From the NCBI GenBank assembly GCA_964016885.1, contig OZ024740.1, positions 133,548,001-133,612,000 on the forward strand: DNA of 64,000 nucleotides. Direction: 5' to 3'. Every line of letters begins with the position of its first letter. Position 1 is the stretch's first letter. This document shows positions 1 through 13,639 of this stretch, one piece after another. The stretch comes from Eledone cirrhosa. Taxonomy: Eukaryota. Under the pieces are notes generated by a model. The model made no database searches. It was not told the DNA's origin and saw only the letters and a program-made list of their open reading frames with translations. The position numbers and the translations under genes were made by a program.

Positions 1-1799
1 TATTTCCATGAACTGAATTCAAAATCTGGATTTATTTTTAGATGTTACCGGATTACTGTTTGACTAAACCAATAGAAACATCATTCTTAAACTATATATT
101 TTAAGAAATGATATCTCAAACTTGGATAACTTTAGACCATCAATATAGATTGATTACGGCATTATGAAAAGGTCTTTGACTGTCTGAAACTTCAGAACAT
201 TTCTCAAATAACCGAATTTCTAAGAATGAAGAACTTATGAATTTTATTTTTCCTCGTGGAGATGAAAATGTTTTGTTTTGTCTTTTTCAGGTTTGAGAGG
301 AGTTATACAGATAATAGAATTTTAATGCAAATTTAATTGGCAGTTGTAAGAGATATTTCGCTAAGTAGATTCTATATTTGAGAGCTCGAATGAGCCATGA
401 AAGCCTAAACGTGACGAAATTGAAAACAAATGTTTTCATGATATTCTCAATGTGTTTGGAACGTGAAAAGAAAACAAAAAGTACAATTTTGAAATTAAGT
501 CAAGCATATTCATAATAATAACCCGAAATATGGGAAAATAAAGCATTACATTTAAGTTTCCACGTATTTAGATTAGTTATATTTTTTTTAATGTCTACAA
601 TTATTAAATCGCCTTACATGTAAACGCTATATCATTTTGCATTTTACATTTTATATACGTGATATAACTATTAGCTTTTCCTTTGACATTCAATAAATAT
701 TTTCGTGAATATATTTTAGCCTTATTTTTCAGAGGAAAAGTGTGAGTAGCATAATAGGAATAACCGAGAATTGTAAAGAAAACAGACTTTAAGGGGGCAA
801 TTATTGATTTGTTCTGAGCGCGTTAGACATTATATATTATATATATATATATTCTTTTTTTTTTTGTAGAATTGTAGTATTCTCAACGCGAGGGGTAGCG
901 GTAAACAGCTGAATACTATATGTATAGTAAAACGTCGGGTTAAGATATAACCTCATATTAAACGGAGAACGGGAGAGAAATGAAGAAACTCTAAAGCAAG
1001 AGATGAGAAATGAAAGAGGTAGAGAGAGAGAGAGAGGGAAAGAGAGAGAGATAGAGAGAGAGAAGGAAAGAGGAAAAGAGAAGACGAAAGCACGAATGAG
1101 ATCGATGACTCAAATTATGTATTTAAACATTAATTGAAAATGTTTGAAGCGTTGAGCGTACATGAATTTTCTTAAAATTGTAGTATTCTCAACGCAAAGG
1201 GTAGCTGTAAACAACTGAATACTATATGTATAGTAAAAGGTGTGTGTATGTGTGTGTCGGTTTGTATGTGTGTGCGTGTGCGTGTGCGCACGTGTGTGTG
1301 CGTCTGTGTGTCTATACATATATATTATATTAAATCATATTATATTTATATCCATAAATATGTATATATAAATGTGTCTGCCCTGGAATCTTCCATTGAA
1401 CATGTAAACAGCGATATCTATATAATTTCATATCGATCTAAATCCTTATTATCGTCAACACCCCCAATTGTTTGTTTTTTTTTCAATATTGGTCGAGTGC
1501 TTCCAGGGCAACATTGATGTTTCTATTTGTAGCACTACCACCATAACCAGTGGTCCTGCCGTCCGGTTGACTAATTAGCAGTAACGTTAATTCAAACATG
1601 TGGAATACAAGTATTGACCTGCAATTTTAATAGTAAGGTCGATATTTTGGAATTTCTTTCGTGGATTCGGTTACTTATGAGAGGTAATGCTCCAGAATGT
1701 GTTGATTAAAATAAAAGATAATTACCAGATTTCCTCGTTAGCTCAAAGCAGTTCCGTGCAAGCCATTCGGATAATATATATATATATAAGATTTGTTGC

Positions 1800-2110
1800 T
1801 CTACATGGCTGAATACAATAAATGTAATCTGAGTTTTTCGAATATTAATAACGATATTCGATTCGTTTGCATTATGCAAACCAGCCTCATTTTTAAAGCC
1901 ATGTCGGTAGAATGAGTCCCTCATTCTTGCTCTTATGTTGGCATGTAAACGAACTGTAAACACTAATGTTTCTGGGTATTACCTTTCATCAGTACAGTCC
2001 ACTGTTCATCTGCCAGCTATCAGAGCTAGTGAAAATATATGATATTTTCTAAAATATACAATGACTGATCGGTCTGATATGCATATTAGCAGACTGGCTG
2101 ATCAGCCAAT
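1800..2110 (-). repeat. Dispersed non-coding repeat carrying a hammerhead ribozyme; inverted copy of 51770-52072
   Basis: Reverse complement matches 51770-52072 over about 300 bp (e.g. CTGATCAGCCAGTCTGCTAATATGCA, GAAAAACTCAGATTACATTTATTGTATT). Confidence 0.8.
1951..2000 (-). ncRNA. Type I hammerhead ribozyme
   Basis: Minus strand GGACTGTA-CTGATGA-AAGGTAATACCCA-GAAA-CATTAGTGTT-TACAGTTC; stem I ACTGTA/TACAGT; stem III ACA/TGT; GUU site. Confidence 0.75.
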
Positions 2111-4235
2111 TCATCAAAACCTGTTGGCACTTACACGCGTTTAGCAAGCATTTGGATTAAAATGTACGATCCGAGTCTAACTTCTAGGTGGCAATTGATA
2201 TACATCTTAAGCTTTGTCATTCACTTCAAACTAAACCCTAAACAAAAACCCCTGTGCACCAACATATTAAAAATAGATTCCTCACAAGCAGATATTTCGT
2301 GCGAATAATAATTTAGAAGAATGGGAATTCGAAATAACAACAATCTGTATTTAATGATTAAAAAAGGGAACCTTTAGATATTAGAAATACCACGATCTGA
2401 AAACCTAAGCGAATCTACTTGATATCGTAAAGTGGTTTTTACTTGGCCTTCTTGAAAAGAAACAAAACGGTAATGAATTTGCTGTGTAATATCAGCTGCA
2501 TCAACTCGATTAATTTAAGAAAAGCAAAAGAAAATGTGCTTTATTATGTTAGTCGTCATCGTCATCGTCATCATCGTCACCAACACCATCATTATTTAAA
2601 TTTAAATAATTCATCCATAGGAGAAAAAACTTGTTTAAGAGTACTATTATAATTATTGCCACGGCAGTTTTTATTGTTGTAATGTTGTTGTAATGTTATT
2701 GTGTATTTGTTTTCTTGTTGTTGCAGCTGAAACGTGGTTGTTTTTACTTCTACGTTTGTTTGTTGTTTTAATTTGATGCTGTTATAAATGTTGTTGTTGT
2801 TTAGCAGTAGCAGCTGCTGCTGTTACAATTTTGCCATATATCACGAACATTACGATTACAAAACAGAAATGTTACTTTCAATGATATTTTTCCTATTCGC
2901 CTAAAACACATTTTCATCTCGTCGTTAGAGGTATAATAGTTTTATCATTAACATAGAGAGATAATCATCATAAGCATTCAGAGTTTTGAAATTAAGTATA
3001 ACACAGATGGTAAAGATTGACCTATAGTGGAATGTGTGCCGGTGTCTCTGTGTGTATGTGTAGATTATACACGCGCTTTCAACCTTTATTTTAATACCGT
3101 TATTAACCGGCATTAAAGAGGTGCTTTCAGGCCAACGTGGATGTACATATACTCATACATGTTAAAGAGGTCAAACCTCCTGAGAAAAGATTATTGATTG
3201 ATGATGAAATATATAACAACACCCAAATCTTTGGATTAAATATAGTAGAAAGGCAGGCACATTGAAAGTGGAACTCGATCTCTTTTAGTGTCACAGATTA
3301 AATTACGTTCGACCATTTATCTAATCAATATATCAGAACTCCGATTATTGAAAAGTTCCATATCTTTTCCTGGTGGAATTTGACATGCATTAGCCATATA
3401 AATTTGACAGTAGAGGAAAATGCTCTGATCATGCCACCCTTTTCAAAGGCCAAAGTAAATGATATAAGGTGTTTAGCGTATCTGAAACCAAATTATTAAT
3501 GAGAAGTTATAGTGGAAAACAAAAGACTCCAAAAAATTTCATAATGTAAAACATGCCGACATCTATTGTAACAACATAAAAAATATCACCAGACGCCACA
3601 CAGAGACGAACACACTCTCACACACACATATATATATGTGAGTGTGTGTGTGTGTGCTTCAAATGTGCGTGTGTTCATATTTGCTTTGTGTTTTTACTCC
3701 ATATTCCGTAAATTAGTGATCCCACAAATATAGATCGATAAAAGAAATAAATGCCAGTCTTTACAAATATATAGCGGGGGCCAATACAAACGACTAAAAC
3801 GCTTCAATGTCGTAAAAATACTAGTAAAAGAATAGATAAAGTAAATAAATGGATATAGCAATGAACGAAGATGATAAATAATCATTCGCTAGCGATAGAT
3901 GTGAGAGAGATTTTGAAAAAATAATGGATAAAAAATAAATAAAAATAATACAAAAAATAAAACAAATATAAATGAATGGATTAATACATGGAAAATACGA
4001 TAAATAGCTCATAAATAATAAACAAGTCATTGTGTTGATAGTGGTGGTGAAGAGAGCGAATACAAAATAAAAATGATATAATTTAATCGGATGAAATGAA
4101 AACTATACATGAGCATAAAATGAACAGTTAATTAAAAGGATAGCGTGTCATGGGGAATTTCTAGAAGCAAACTGCATAAGTAAGCATACTCTCACACACA
4201 TGAACGCACGGAATCACCCCCCCCCCCACACACAC

Positions 4236-4288
<53 letters not shown>

Positions 4289-4526
4289 TATAAAGGAGGT
4301 GTCAAAGTGGCATCAAGTTTAATCAGGTCATCAGACTCGTGGTTTCCTGAATGACAGCATTACCTATATAGCATATAAGTAGGTGTTGCTATACACACAC
4401 ATATATCTATATTCACATAAAGATACAGATAGATAATCGTTGCAGCATCTTTCGTAGTGTTAATCGAAGGTTAGGAAGTGCTTACCTTAGATCGCTACTC
4501 TATCTCTCTCTCTATCTATCTATGTA

Positions 4527-7500
4527 AGCCTTTTCTGGGAACGTCCCGCTCCCTGTTGTTAGTGGGGGACTGGAATGGAATCCTAGATGCACGTTGGGAC
4601 TATGTGGGAGCATGTCCCGGTAGAGGGGGGTGTAACAGCCTCAAACAGTTAATCGGCCGATTTGACCTGGCCGATAGATATCGACTAAATTTTCCGACTG
4701 TGCCACTGTGGACGTGGACTAATCACGGCGGAACATCTAGATCGTACCTAGATAAGGTTCTAGTTAGAAAGAAGTATAGGGGCATGTTAAGCTGTCCACA
4801 AATGTTCATGGTTGCCTATTCAGATCCCAAATTAGTGATCTGCTTAGTCAACCTTGACAAAACCCATAGAGAGGGACCCGGTTACTGGAAGCTGAACTTG
4901 TCGTTACCGACATGCAAAGCCTACAGTAGACGGATTAGCACTTTAGGTTAAGCAACACTTGACGGGGGCCATTGTCAACAACGGGTGGTAGTACTCACTC
5001 AAGAGGGCAGTTAGATTAGGCTCGATAGGTTTTAGTAAAGAATTAGTGTTAGATAGAAATAAGACCGAAAAGGAACTGGTAGATAAAGTAGAAGAGGCAC
5101 TTAGGAGTGGCAACGTAGCCAGCGCGCTAGCGACGAGAACGGCATTGGACCAATTCTTCGACGCAAAGAATGAAGGCTGCGTTGTCAGAAGCAAAATAAG
5201 TGTTCTGGGAAACGAGGGAGCCAAAGCTGTTAGCTGGGCCCGAGTGACGGAGGCCAAAAGAGGCAACAAGTCCACGATTCGGTATTTGAAGGACCAAGGC
5301 GGACGCGTGATAGTGAGCCGAAGCAAATGAGCGCGGCCGTTCAGCGGCAGTTTGCTCAACTGTTCGGGCAGGGCGGCGCGCCGGCAGGGGCTATGGATTT
5401 CGGTTCATACCTTGACAGCCTACCGCAACTCTCGGACAGCGAGACGAAGCTCTGCGAAAGGCCTATTTAGGCCGCTGAGATAGGGGACGCGCTGAGCCAA
5501 TGCGGCAAACGCAAATCTCCAGGTCTCGACGGTCTACCCTACGAATTTTACGTAGCAATGCCGGACTTGTCCTCCGGTCTCCTGGAAGCGGTCTACTGCA
5601 ACTGGCAGCAGAACAGAAGAATTTCAAGTTCTGTGACCAAGGGCGTAATCACGTTAGTCAGGAAGGACGAGAACAAGGGGGATGATATAGGCAATTTCCG
5701 GTCCATAACTCTGCTCAACACAGAGTTACAGATTTTCGCCAAGGTGTTGGCAAAGAGGCTGGCGCTTGTCGTCGAAAACCTGGTGGGAGAAGCGCAGACA
5801 TGCGCAATTCCGACCAGGTCCATACACGACAACTCCACCCCATTCGATACATCATAGAGGGGGTAGGGTGTAAACCCGGCTTCGGTGGGGCCCTGATCAA
5901 CTTGGATGAGTCTAAGGCTTTCGATAGGGTTGACCATCGTTACCTGGATTCGGTGCTCGAGGCGACAGGCTTCGGTCCCGTGTTCAGGGGATGGATTGCT
6001 GCAATGCACAACAGCAACATCTGCTCAAGGGTCAAGGGGAACGGCTACCTCTCGGAGCCGTTCCATATCACGCGATCCATCCGACAGCGATGCCCTCTCT
6101 CCCCCCTTCTCTACGTACTGACTCTCAAGCCACTAATGCGGAAGATGGAGCTATTGCAGGGCATCCCTTTGGAACCGGGACTGCGAAAAGCGGCGTCGGC
6201 CTACGCCGATGACGTGACAGTAATGATGTAGAGCACCTCGCAAATCGGGGAGATCGGCACCTTACTGGAGGAATACGAAAGATTCACAGGAGCGAAGCTG
6301 AACCGGTACAAATCCGTCGGTTTGCAACTCGGAACGTGGAGAGGCAAACCGATGCCTTCCGATGACGTGGTCGGACGCTGGACGGAAGGACCGGTAAAGC
6401 TGCTCGGGGTCTAGTTTGGTCCTGACCTCCAGGTGGAGAAGAACTGGAATGAGGTGACGGCCAAGATGTTTGCGCTCAACCAGAAGTGGGCCAGGTGCAA
6501 ACTATCCTTGAAAGGTCGAGTGGAGGTGGCGAACATTTTAATAGCGTCCGTCATCTACTACCGCTTCACCGTTGTGCCTTGTCCAGCCAAAACGCTCACC
6601 AAAATGGAGCGCGCGCTCTTCCAATTCCTTTGGAAGAAACGGGCTCCTTTGGTGAGAAGATCCATCTGCTGGCAAACCCTTCAACGGAGGCCTGGGGATG
6701 CCGGGGCTGACGATGTGCAAACTCGCGTTCAGGCTGCGGTACCTCCACGTATTCCTCACCAGACAACCGGTGTGGGCCCCGTTCGTGAGGCGAGCCGTCC
6801 CACGACTCGCCTCGCTGACCGAGCTGCTGACCTGGGTCAAGCAAAGACCGAGGAAAATGGGCGACTGGCATATCGAATGTGCTCAGGCGCTCACAGTCCT
6901 CTGGCAAACGGACCCAGCGATCAGTAGAGACTCCACTTCGACATTCTATCGAGGGTTGGTCCGCAGCAAGTGCGACGACATGCTCGGAGAAACTCTAGGT
7001 GTAGAGGAGGACGAACTGGCCAGTCTGTTCGGTAGGACCTTCCGCCCGGGACCAATGGACAATTCCCAAAAGTCCCTGGCCTCTCAGTGCTACCGAGGAG
7101 CTCTACCAGTTCGAGACAAGCTCTACAGCCACCGGCGCCCGGGTAGAGACCCTTCGAAAAAGATCTGTCCAAGACGCGCGCGCGGCACACGCATTTGGTA
7201 CACTGCCCGGGCGTTACCGACCTGGGGGGCTATGTAGAACGACTATTGTCGCGGGACCAATCCAGTTGACCACTGAGACCATTGTCACAATCAAACCTCC
7301 ACCCTGCCTCAAAAACGACGGAGAGGCGGTTTTCCTATGTGTTATGGCTATGGTGAAAGAGGTTATATGGTGGACGAGGTTAAAAGGGCTGAGGTCAGAC
7401 ACCTTTCTCTCCGGCGAGCAACTGATTTGTTTTTTCAAATATCATTTTGGAAGAAGAATCAGGATGGAGAGAGAGGTGCTGTACCCCAGCAAATTTTATA

Positions 7501-7797
7501 AAAGGTGGGTGAATGTGGCAAAGATGGCCCGAGTGGTTGGAGCTTCTCTCTATATAAGCCTGTAGTTTGAGGAAAAAGAGGAAGAGCGGAAGGGAGTACT
7601 CACACTTGGTGCTCCTGGATATGAGGGTTGTACATCTTTTCGGGGTGTGTACAACCCCTGTGTAACGCCTCCCCCCTATTGGGGATTTCAATTGTTATTT
7701 GTTATTGTATTAATAGTTTTATTTTCATATACCTGTATGTAAAGTCCCCATTTGTATTTGTCCCCTTCTTTTGTGCCCTTGTGGCTAATAAATAATG
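4527..7797 (+). mobile_element. 5'-truncated L1/Tx1-clade non-LTR retrotransposon; ORF2 pseudogene (APE endonuclease C-terminus plus RT)
   Basis: Broken ORFs: LVGDWNGILD...WTWTN...SYLDKV...SDPK (APE), PGYWKLN, KSPGLDGLPYEFY, FRSITLLNTELQIFAKVLAKRL, LDESKAFDRVDH, SIRQRCPLSPLLY, SAYADD. Several stops and frameshifts. AATAAA near the 3' end. Flanked by (CTAT)n/(CT)n. Confidence 0.92.
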
Positions 7798-7879
7798 TAT
7801 CTATCTATTTATCTCTCTCTCTCCCTCTCTCTCACTCCTGAATTTGAAAGACATCTGGCTATAATATTCAGCAAGGGTG

Positions 7880-8095
7880 AGGGTGGTGGTTTAGCAGTAT
7901 CGGTAGAGAGTCGGACACCATGGTTTGCAGCATAGAGTTACGGCCCTTTATGGTCTGATTTGAAATCCCACCCAGGTGAACTTTGCCTTTTATCCTTAGA
8001 GGGTCGATAAAATAAAGCACCAGTAACGTATTGTGGTCGATTTAATCGACTTTCCAATAATTACTGGTCTTGTGCCTATACTAGAAATCATTATA
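7880..8095 (+). mobile_element. tRNA-derived SINE with MetaSINE-like central domain
   Basis: A-box-like TAGCAGTATCGG, degenerate B box, core ACTTTGCCTTTTATCCTTAGAGGGTCGATAAAATAAAG; several copies in the window. Confidence 0.75.
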
Positions 8096-8583
8096 TTTAG
8101 AAAAGGTCGTTTATAGAAATGGAACCGGCAGGAGGGCACTTTAAGAACCCTCTTCTAAAACTCTAAAACACTCCTTAAACACCACAACACCTCCCAACTC
8201 CACTCCGAATCAATTATTTTGCTCGTGCCATTCACTACTTTCTGCATATATATAACTCCTCTAAATCTTCATGAACACTCCATCACTCCCACACTCATTA
8301 ACACCACACACACCAGACACAACCAAATCTCTTTTATATAAAGTCAAACATCACAATACAACCTGAGATCAGTTTTACAATCACCACCGACGCATGCGAG
8401 AAAGTTAACCAGGAATCTTAAAAAATCTCCCCACCGAAGGTAACAAAGAACTTATTAGATATACCAAACCAAATTGTAAAATGATATTATACAATTAAAT
8501 TAAATCGTTTAGAACTACAAGTGAAGTCATTATTTTCCTTTTTCCAAATACACTTAACACTACTAAGGATTTCACACATTATT

Positions 8584-8651
<68 letters not shown>

Positions 8652-9299
8652 ACATATAGGCGTGTAAACATACGGACCTATCTAGTGATGAAATGAATAT
8701 AATTCTAACAGCAGGTAAAACACTAATAGAATTTAATAATCATCTCTGGACAAGAGCCGACAGAAAAACGATTTTGATATCATTATTGGAATCACCTGAC
8801 TCGGCGCAAGTAACGAACCTCGTTGGATTATTTATTAACAATGTACTGCATAAGAAAATTGCAGAGATGACCGGAGGTTTATATCGTGACGATATGTTTC
8901 TTTTAATTGAAAACCATAGCAATAGTCAAATTAACAGGAAAAGAAAATCTATAATACAATTTTCAACAACTACAACCTTAAGTTAGAAATAGAGAATAGC
9001 TACAAAATCGTTAACTTCTTAGATGTAACTTTAAACCTTAGCACTATCCTTTCCATAAAATTAACGAAAATCTAAATTATGTAAGTTTCAATTCTAATCA
9101 TCCTAGAAGTATTAAAAGCACTATTGTCAATAGCGTCCTACAACGTATTTCACGCATCTTTGCTAATAAAAATATGTTTGATGATAAGGCTGAATATTAT
9201 AATGAAGCTTTACATAGAGCAGGATACTCGAATAGAATTAAATCATAGATAACAATAACATGACACATCATCTTAGTTATATCTTATTAATTATAATAA

Positions 9300-9450
9300 T
9301 AATTATTTCTATTTTAGGCACAAGGCCGTCAAATACCCAGTACATTACTGGTACTTTATTTTATCGACCCCGTAAGGATGAAAGGCAAAGTTAACCTAGG
9401 CGGGATTTGAACTCAGATCGTAAAGGGACGTAACTATGCTGGAAAGCATG
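9300..9450 (-). mobile_element. SINE nested in the PLE
   Basis: Reverse complement of the SINE core (TTTATCGACCCCGTAAGGATGAAAGGCAAAG, GATTTGAACTC). Confidence 0.75.
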
Positions 9451-11400
9451 GTTAATTATAATAATAATGATAAACAATTTAACTTAAAAACTAAACCAAA
9501 CAAAAAACTAGTACTAGAAATATTATTTGGTACTCTCCCCCATTCTCATTAAGCGTTAAAACACCTTTAGCAAAGCTATTCTTTAAAGCACTAGAAAAAT
9601 GTGTTCCTAAAGCCCATAGATACCACTCTATTTTTAACAGACACTCTATAAAACTATCCTACTCTACTACTATGAACATAGCACAAAATATACATAGAAT
9701 TAATAATAGAGACTTAAATTTAAACCCTAACCAAACTAAAAAAAATAGCAATAATAATATTTCTAACAACAATATTCAGAATAATAGTACCGTTCCGAAC
9801 AACAATAACTCCAGTAAATGTAACTGTAGAATCAAATCAAGCTACCCTTTACAAAATAATTGTTTAGACAAAAACGTAGTTCATAGATGCACAGTTAAAA
9901 TTAGAGACAAAATGTTTAACTATGTTGGTGCCACTTCAACAAAATTTAAAGAACGCTGGAATAACCATAATCACACATTTAGGAGATCTGATAAAAAAAT
10001 CTTCTACTTCACTTTCACATGTAATTTGGAACTTAAAAGACAACAATATAGACTATTCAATATCTTGGAGAACGATTTTGAAAGCACCTGCATACCGAAA
10101 TATGGCTTTATCAAGATTCTGTAAATTGCGTATCGAAGAAATGTTTAATATAATTAGCTTTCAAAACTCTATTAATCTTAGAACATAATTATTTTCTTCT
10201 TGCAGGCATCGCCAAAATTCCACGTTCAGAACTATTTTTAATTTATAATATTCCTATACACCTTCTAAATGATCCTATCTTCTTTAAAAATTTAAATGTA
10301 AATTTTTTTATATTTTTAATATTTTTAATATTTCTAATATTTCTAAATTTTTTTAATATCTCTTTAATATTTCTAATATTTTTAATATATATATTTAATA
10401 TTTTTAATTCCGGCATTATTTTAATTCTGACATTATTTTTAATTCTGACATTATTTTTCTAATCACACCCCTCTAAATATATTTTTTTAGATGTAGATTG
10501 ATAATCTTTAAATGACATACTGAAAATTTATCCTCGTTACGATAGTTCTTCGAAAAGCACATTACGTTTTTCCTCTCTTTTTCTTATTCAAACATTCACA
10601 CATCTTTCGACTAAAATAATTAATCTCACACAAAATAATATATAATTTTCTCTACATATTTTGGAGTAAATCACTCATAAAATTTAACGGTTAACAAACA
10701 AAATTGGAGTTATCTTTCCTTTCTCAATCGTGCAAACATAAACATATTATGTTTGATAAACTATATAACTTCGCTAAATTAAAAATATTCTGAAAACATT
10801 TTCAATGTTTGACAACATTTTCGAATCTATAAATTGGTCTCCTCTCACAACTTGAACCACCTATTTTTTTAAGTAAAATATAAAATCAACATCCTTCGTA
10901 ACTCATATTAGAAATATAAGCAACTAATAATTGTAAATTATTTCTAATTCTATCATACTAATGCATACGCAATTATTAATCTATATAGATATTTATATAC
11001 ATATAATCTATTGTATTGTAATAAGATAAAAATACTTACAATCATAATTCTTCATATAATCTAATTGATTATATATACAATATTATAACTCATAATATAG
11101 GTAAATAAATTTAAATTTAAAACTCTGGAATCATATTCCACTTTTCCCTAAAAAAATTAATGTAAATGCTAGCCCTTCTTCCTTTTCCTACGCATACAAA
11201 AACATATCATAATTATTTAAATTCTCCATAGCGTCTAAAATAATGTATTTTTCAGCTCTTTACCTAAACCTCATTTGCATACTCATCTTAATAATTTGAA
11301 ATATCTTACTTTTCTTCTCTTATCCCTTCACTATCCTATGAAAACTTGAACCGTTAAGGTATTTTCCTTGGTTATGTCAAAATTTATAAAATACACTTCG

Positions 11401-11461
11401 TATTTTATCTGATGATAGCGTACCAAAGTTTTGGTATCCTTGAAATATATATAATAGAATA
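11401..11461 (+). ncRNA. Minimal type I hammerhead ribozyme in the PLE pseudo-LTR
   Basis: TATTTTAT-CTGATGA-TAGCGTACCAAAGTTTTGGTATCCTT-GAAA-TATATATA-ATAGAATA; stem II TACCA/TGGTA. Confidence 0.75.
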
Positions 11462-11597
11462 AATATGGTTTTATAAATATAGTTTACATTTATTTAATAT
11501 CATTGAATATTATACTCCAGAAAATCTGTCGAGTGCTCTGAATCAGTTATAAACATTTATACTTGTTGAATTACCAACAAATTGAATATCCCTTCTG

Positions 11598-11650
<53 letters not shown>

Positions 11651-12329
11651 GCATGAATTAAACAGAAATAATAAAGCAAGTGACACAGTACAATGAAGGA
11701 ATATATTAGTTCAACGCTTGATATAGAAGAAAAAAGTCTTAGCGTTTCAGAAACTAGTTTATCATCAGAAGATAGAATAGGAAATATAAGATGACAGAGA
11801 GATAGGGAATGAGAAGAGGAAGTAACGAAAAAGAAATATTTTAAGAAAACCACGTATTCAGTTAGCCATCAGTCATAGATTATACGCCAAAGTATTAGTT
11901 CTTCTGAGAGAAGTAGACTGATACAATATATTTCTATATGAATGACCTAACATAGATCATGGACACTCCATATAACAGGACACTGAATAAAATCAAATCA
12001 ATTATTACACTCAATTCTGATACTCAGTGATGTCCTCATGTTAATTAAAGCCAACAAATAAATGTGGGTATTTCTCTTTGTATGTTTGAATGTGTTCTTA
12101 TGCTTGTCTGTCTATTGATAGAAACAAGATAACAAAGGTACGAACAAATTAAGAATGTGAAATAAACAGTTGAACTATAAATCATAAAAGTTTCATTTAT
12201 ATTCATAGTAGAAAATTGTAAGAAAGAAATGATGTAAACATATTGATACCATTTAAGTAAATAGCGAGGATACGACAAATTGGAAATATCGTTAGAACGG
12301 TTAAGGTTGGGTAAAAGAGATGACACTCT

Positions 12330-12880
12330 TGGGGAGACTCAGGTCGTCGTCGAAAATCAACTAACCATTCTTTTCCGGGAGATTTTCGACCCAGGACTCA
12401 TGGATAATTTCCAGCAACCCCTGCTTTAGCAGTGCTATCGAGTAGCATTGGCAGATTGGGATAAACTCTACAGGCATGGAGATGCTGTCAGCTAGGGTTC
12501 TCCGAGATGCGTCCTGCACGCACTCGCCTAGTGTCCAATTATTGCTGGCTTGTAGGTTTATGTCGAACACTGATGTCACGTGTAGGATGGATCAGATTAT
12601 CAACCGAGTACATCGTGAAAACTACACCTCTGTGATATTTTAGCTGGGAAGTACAGCAGTTTTTATCTGCTTGGCAGCCATGGAGAAAGTGATTGTGTGT
12701 TATTGGCGTTTGAAAGGGTTCAAGACAAAGACTTTCCTTTTCAACGAAGTTCTGATGAACCTTTTCTGGTCCCACAAGAAGAAACTCAGGGTGGAGAGAG
12801 AATTACTACTTTCCATCCAGTTTGTTGTAGGGTTGATGAGAGTGACGCGCATGGATCGAGAGAATGGGCTTGCTTTGATT
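12330..12880 (+). mobile_element. Degenerate 3' fragment of a Tx1-like LINE
   Basis: MAAMEKVIVCYWRLKGFKTKTFL..KLRVERELL resembles the 3' end of the 4527-7797 element (MAMVKEVIWWTRLKGLRSDTFL..RIRMEREVL). Confidence 0.7.
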
Positions 12881-12899
12881 ATGTGCCTGTGGATAATAA

Positions 12900-13322
12900 T
12901 TGTTTGTACTTTTAGGCACAAGGCCAGCAATTACCCAGTGCATTACTGGTACTTCATTTTCTCGACCCCGTAAGGATGTGGATATAATGCCCGTAGATTT
13001 GCAGTATCGGTAGAAGGTCGGACGCCATGCTTTGCAGCATAGTGTTACGATCCTTTATGATCTGAGTTCAAATCCCACTAAGGTTCACTTTGCCTTCCAT
13101 CCTTACGCGGTAGACACAATAAAGCACCAATAACGCACTGTGGTCGATTTAATCGACTTTCCCTTCCTCAAAAATTGCTGGCATTGTGCATATATAAGAA
13201 ACTATTATCCCGCCGAGGTTGACTTTGCCTTTCATCCTTACGGGGTCGATAAAATAAAGTACCAGTAATGCACTAATGCACTGGTTAAGTGCTGGCCTTG
13301 TGCCTAAAGTAGAAACAATTAT
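12900..13322. mobile_element. Cluster of three SINE pieces (one minus, two plus)
   Basis: Repeated SINE core GACTTTGCCTTTCATCCTTACGGGGTCGATAAAATAAAGTACCAGT; B box GAGTTCAAATCCC. Confidence 0.75.
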
Positions 13323-13337
13323 TAACACACACAAATA

Positions 13338-13371
<34 letters not shown>

Positions 13372-13639
13372 TGTGTGTGTGTGTGTGTGTGTGCGTGTGT
13401 TTTTGTGTTTGTGTGTGCATGTGTGTGTGTGTGCATGTGTGTGCATGTGTGTGTATGAACACATGCATATAATCCTTTTATTTTTCAAAAGATGAACGGA
13501 AGATCAACTCAATTGAACCAGCCAAAAAATAGGGGTATAAAGTTTAAGGTAATGATAGAAATACAAGAGAAGGAAAACAGTTTAAGATAGCATGCCGAAA
13601 CTTGAATATTACTTTATATTGTATGTTGACGACAAAATC

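Larger units (their letters stand above)
8400..11600 (+). mobile_element. Penelope-like retroelement (RT, Cys-rich linker, GIY-YIG endonuclease, 3' pseudo-LTR), decayed
   Basis: DSAQVTNLVGLF..GGLYRDD, VNFLDVTLNL, SNHP, WYSPPFS, CNCRIKSSYPLQNNCLDKNVVH..YVGATSTKFKERWNNH, FCKLRIEE; HHR at 11401; ends in (TA)n. Confidence 0.88.

Noticed and set aside
868-1238. About 63-bp direct repeat (868-931 and 1176-1238) as another terminally redundant HHR unit
   Set aside because: No HHR core found between the repeats on either strand
11735-11773. HHR-like motif on minus strand (CTGATGA-TAAACTAGTTTCT-GAAA-CGCTA)
   Set aside because: Stem I and stem III pair poorly; probably a decayed HHR, so not listed as a feature
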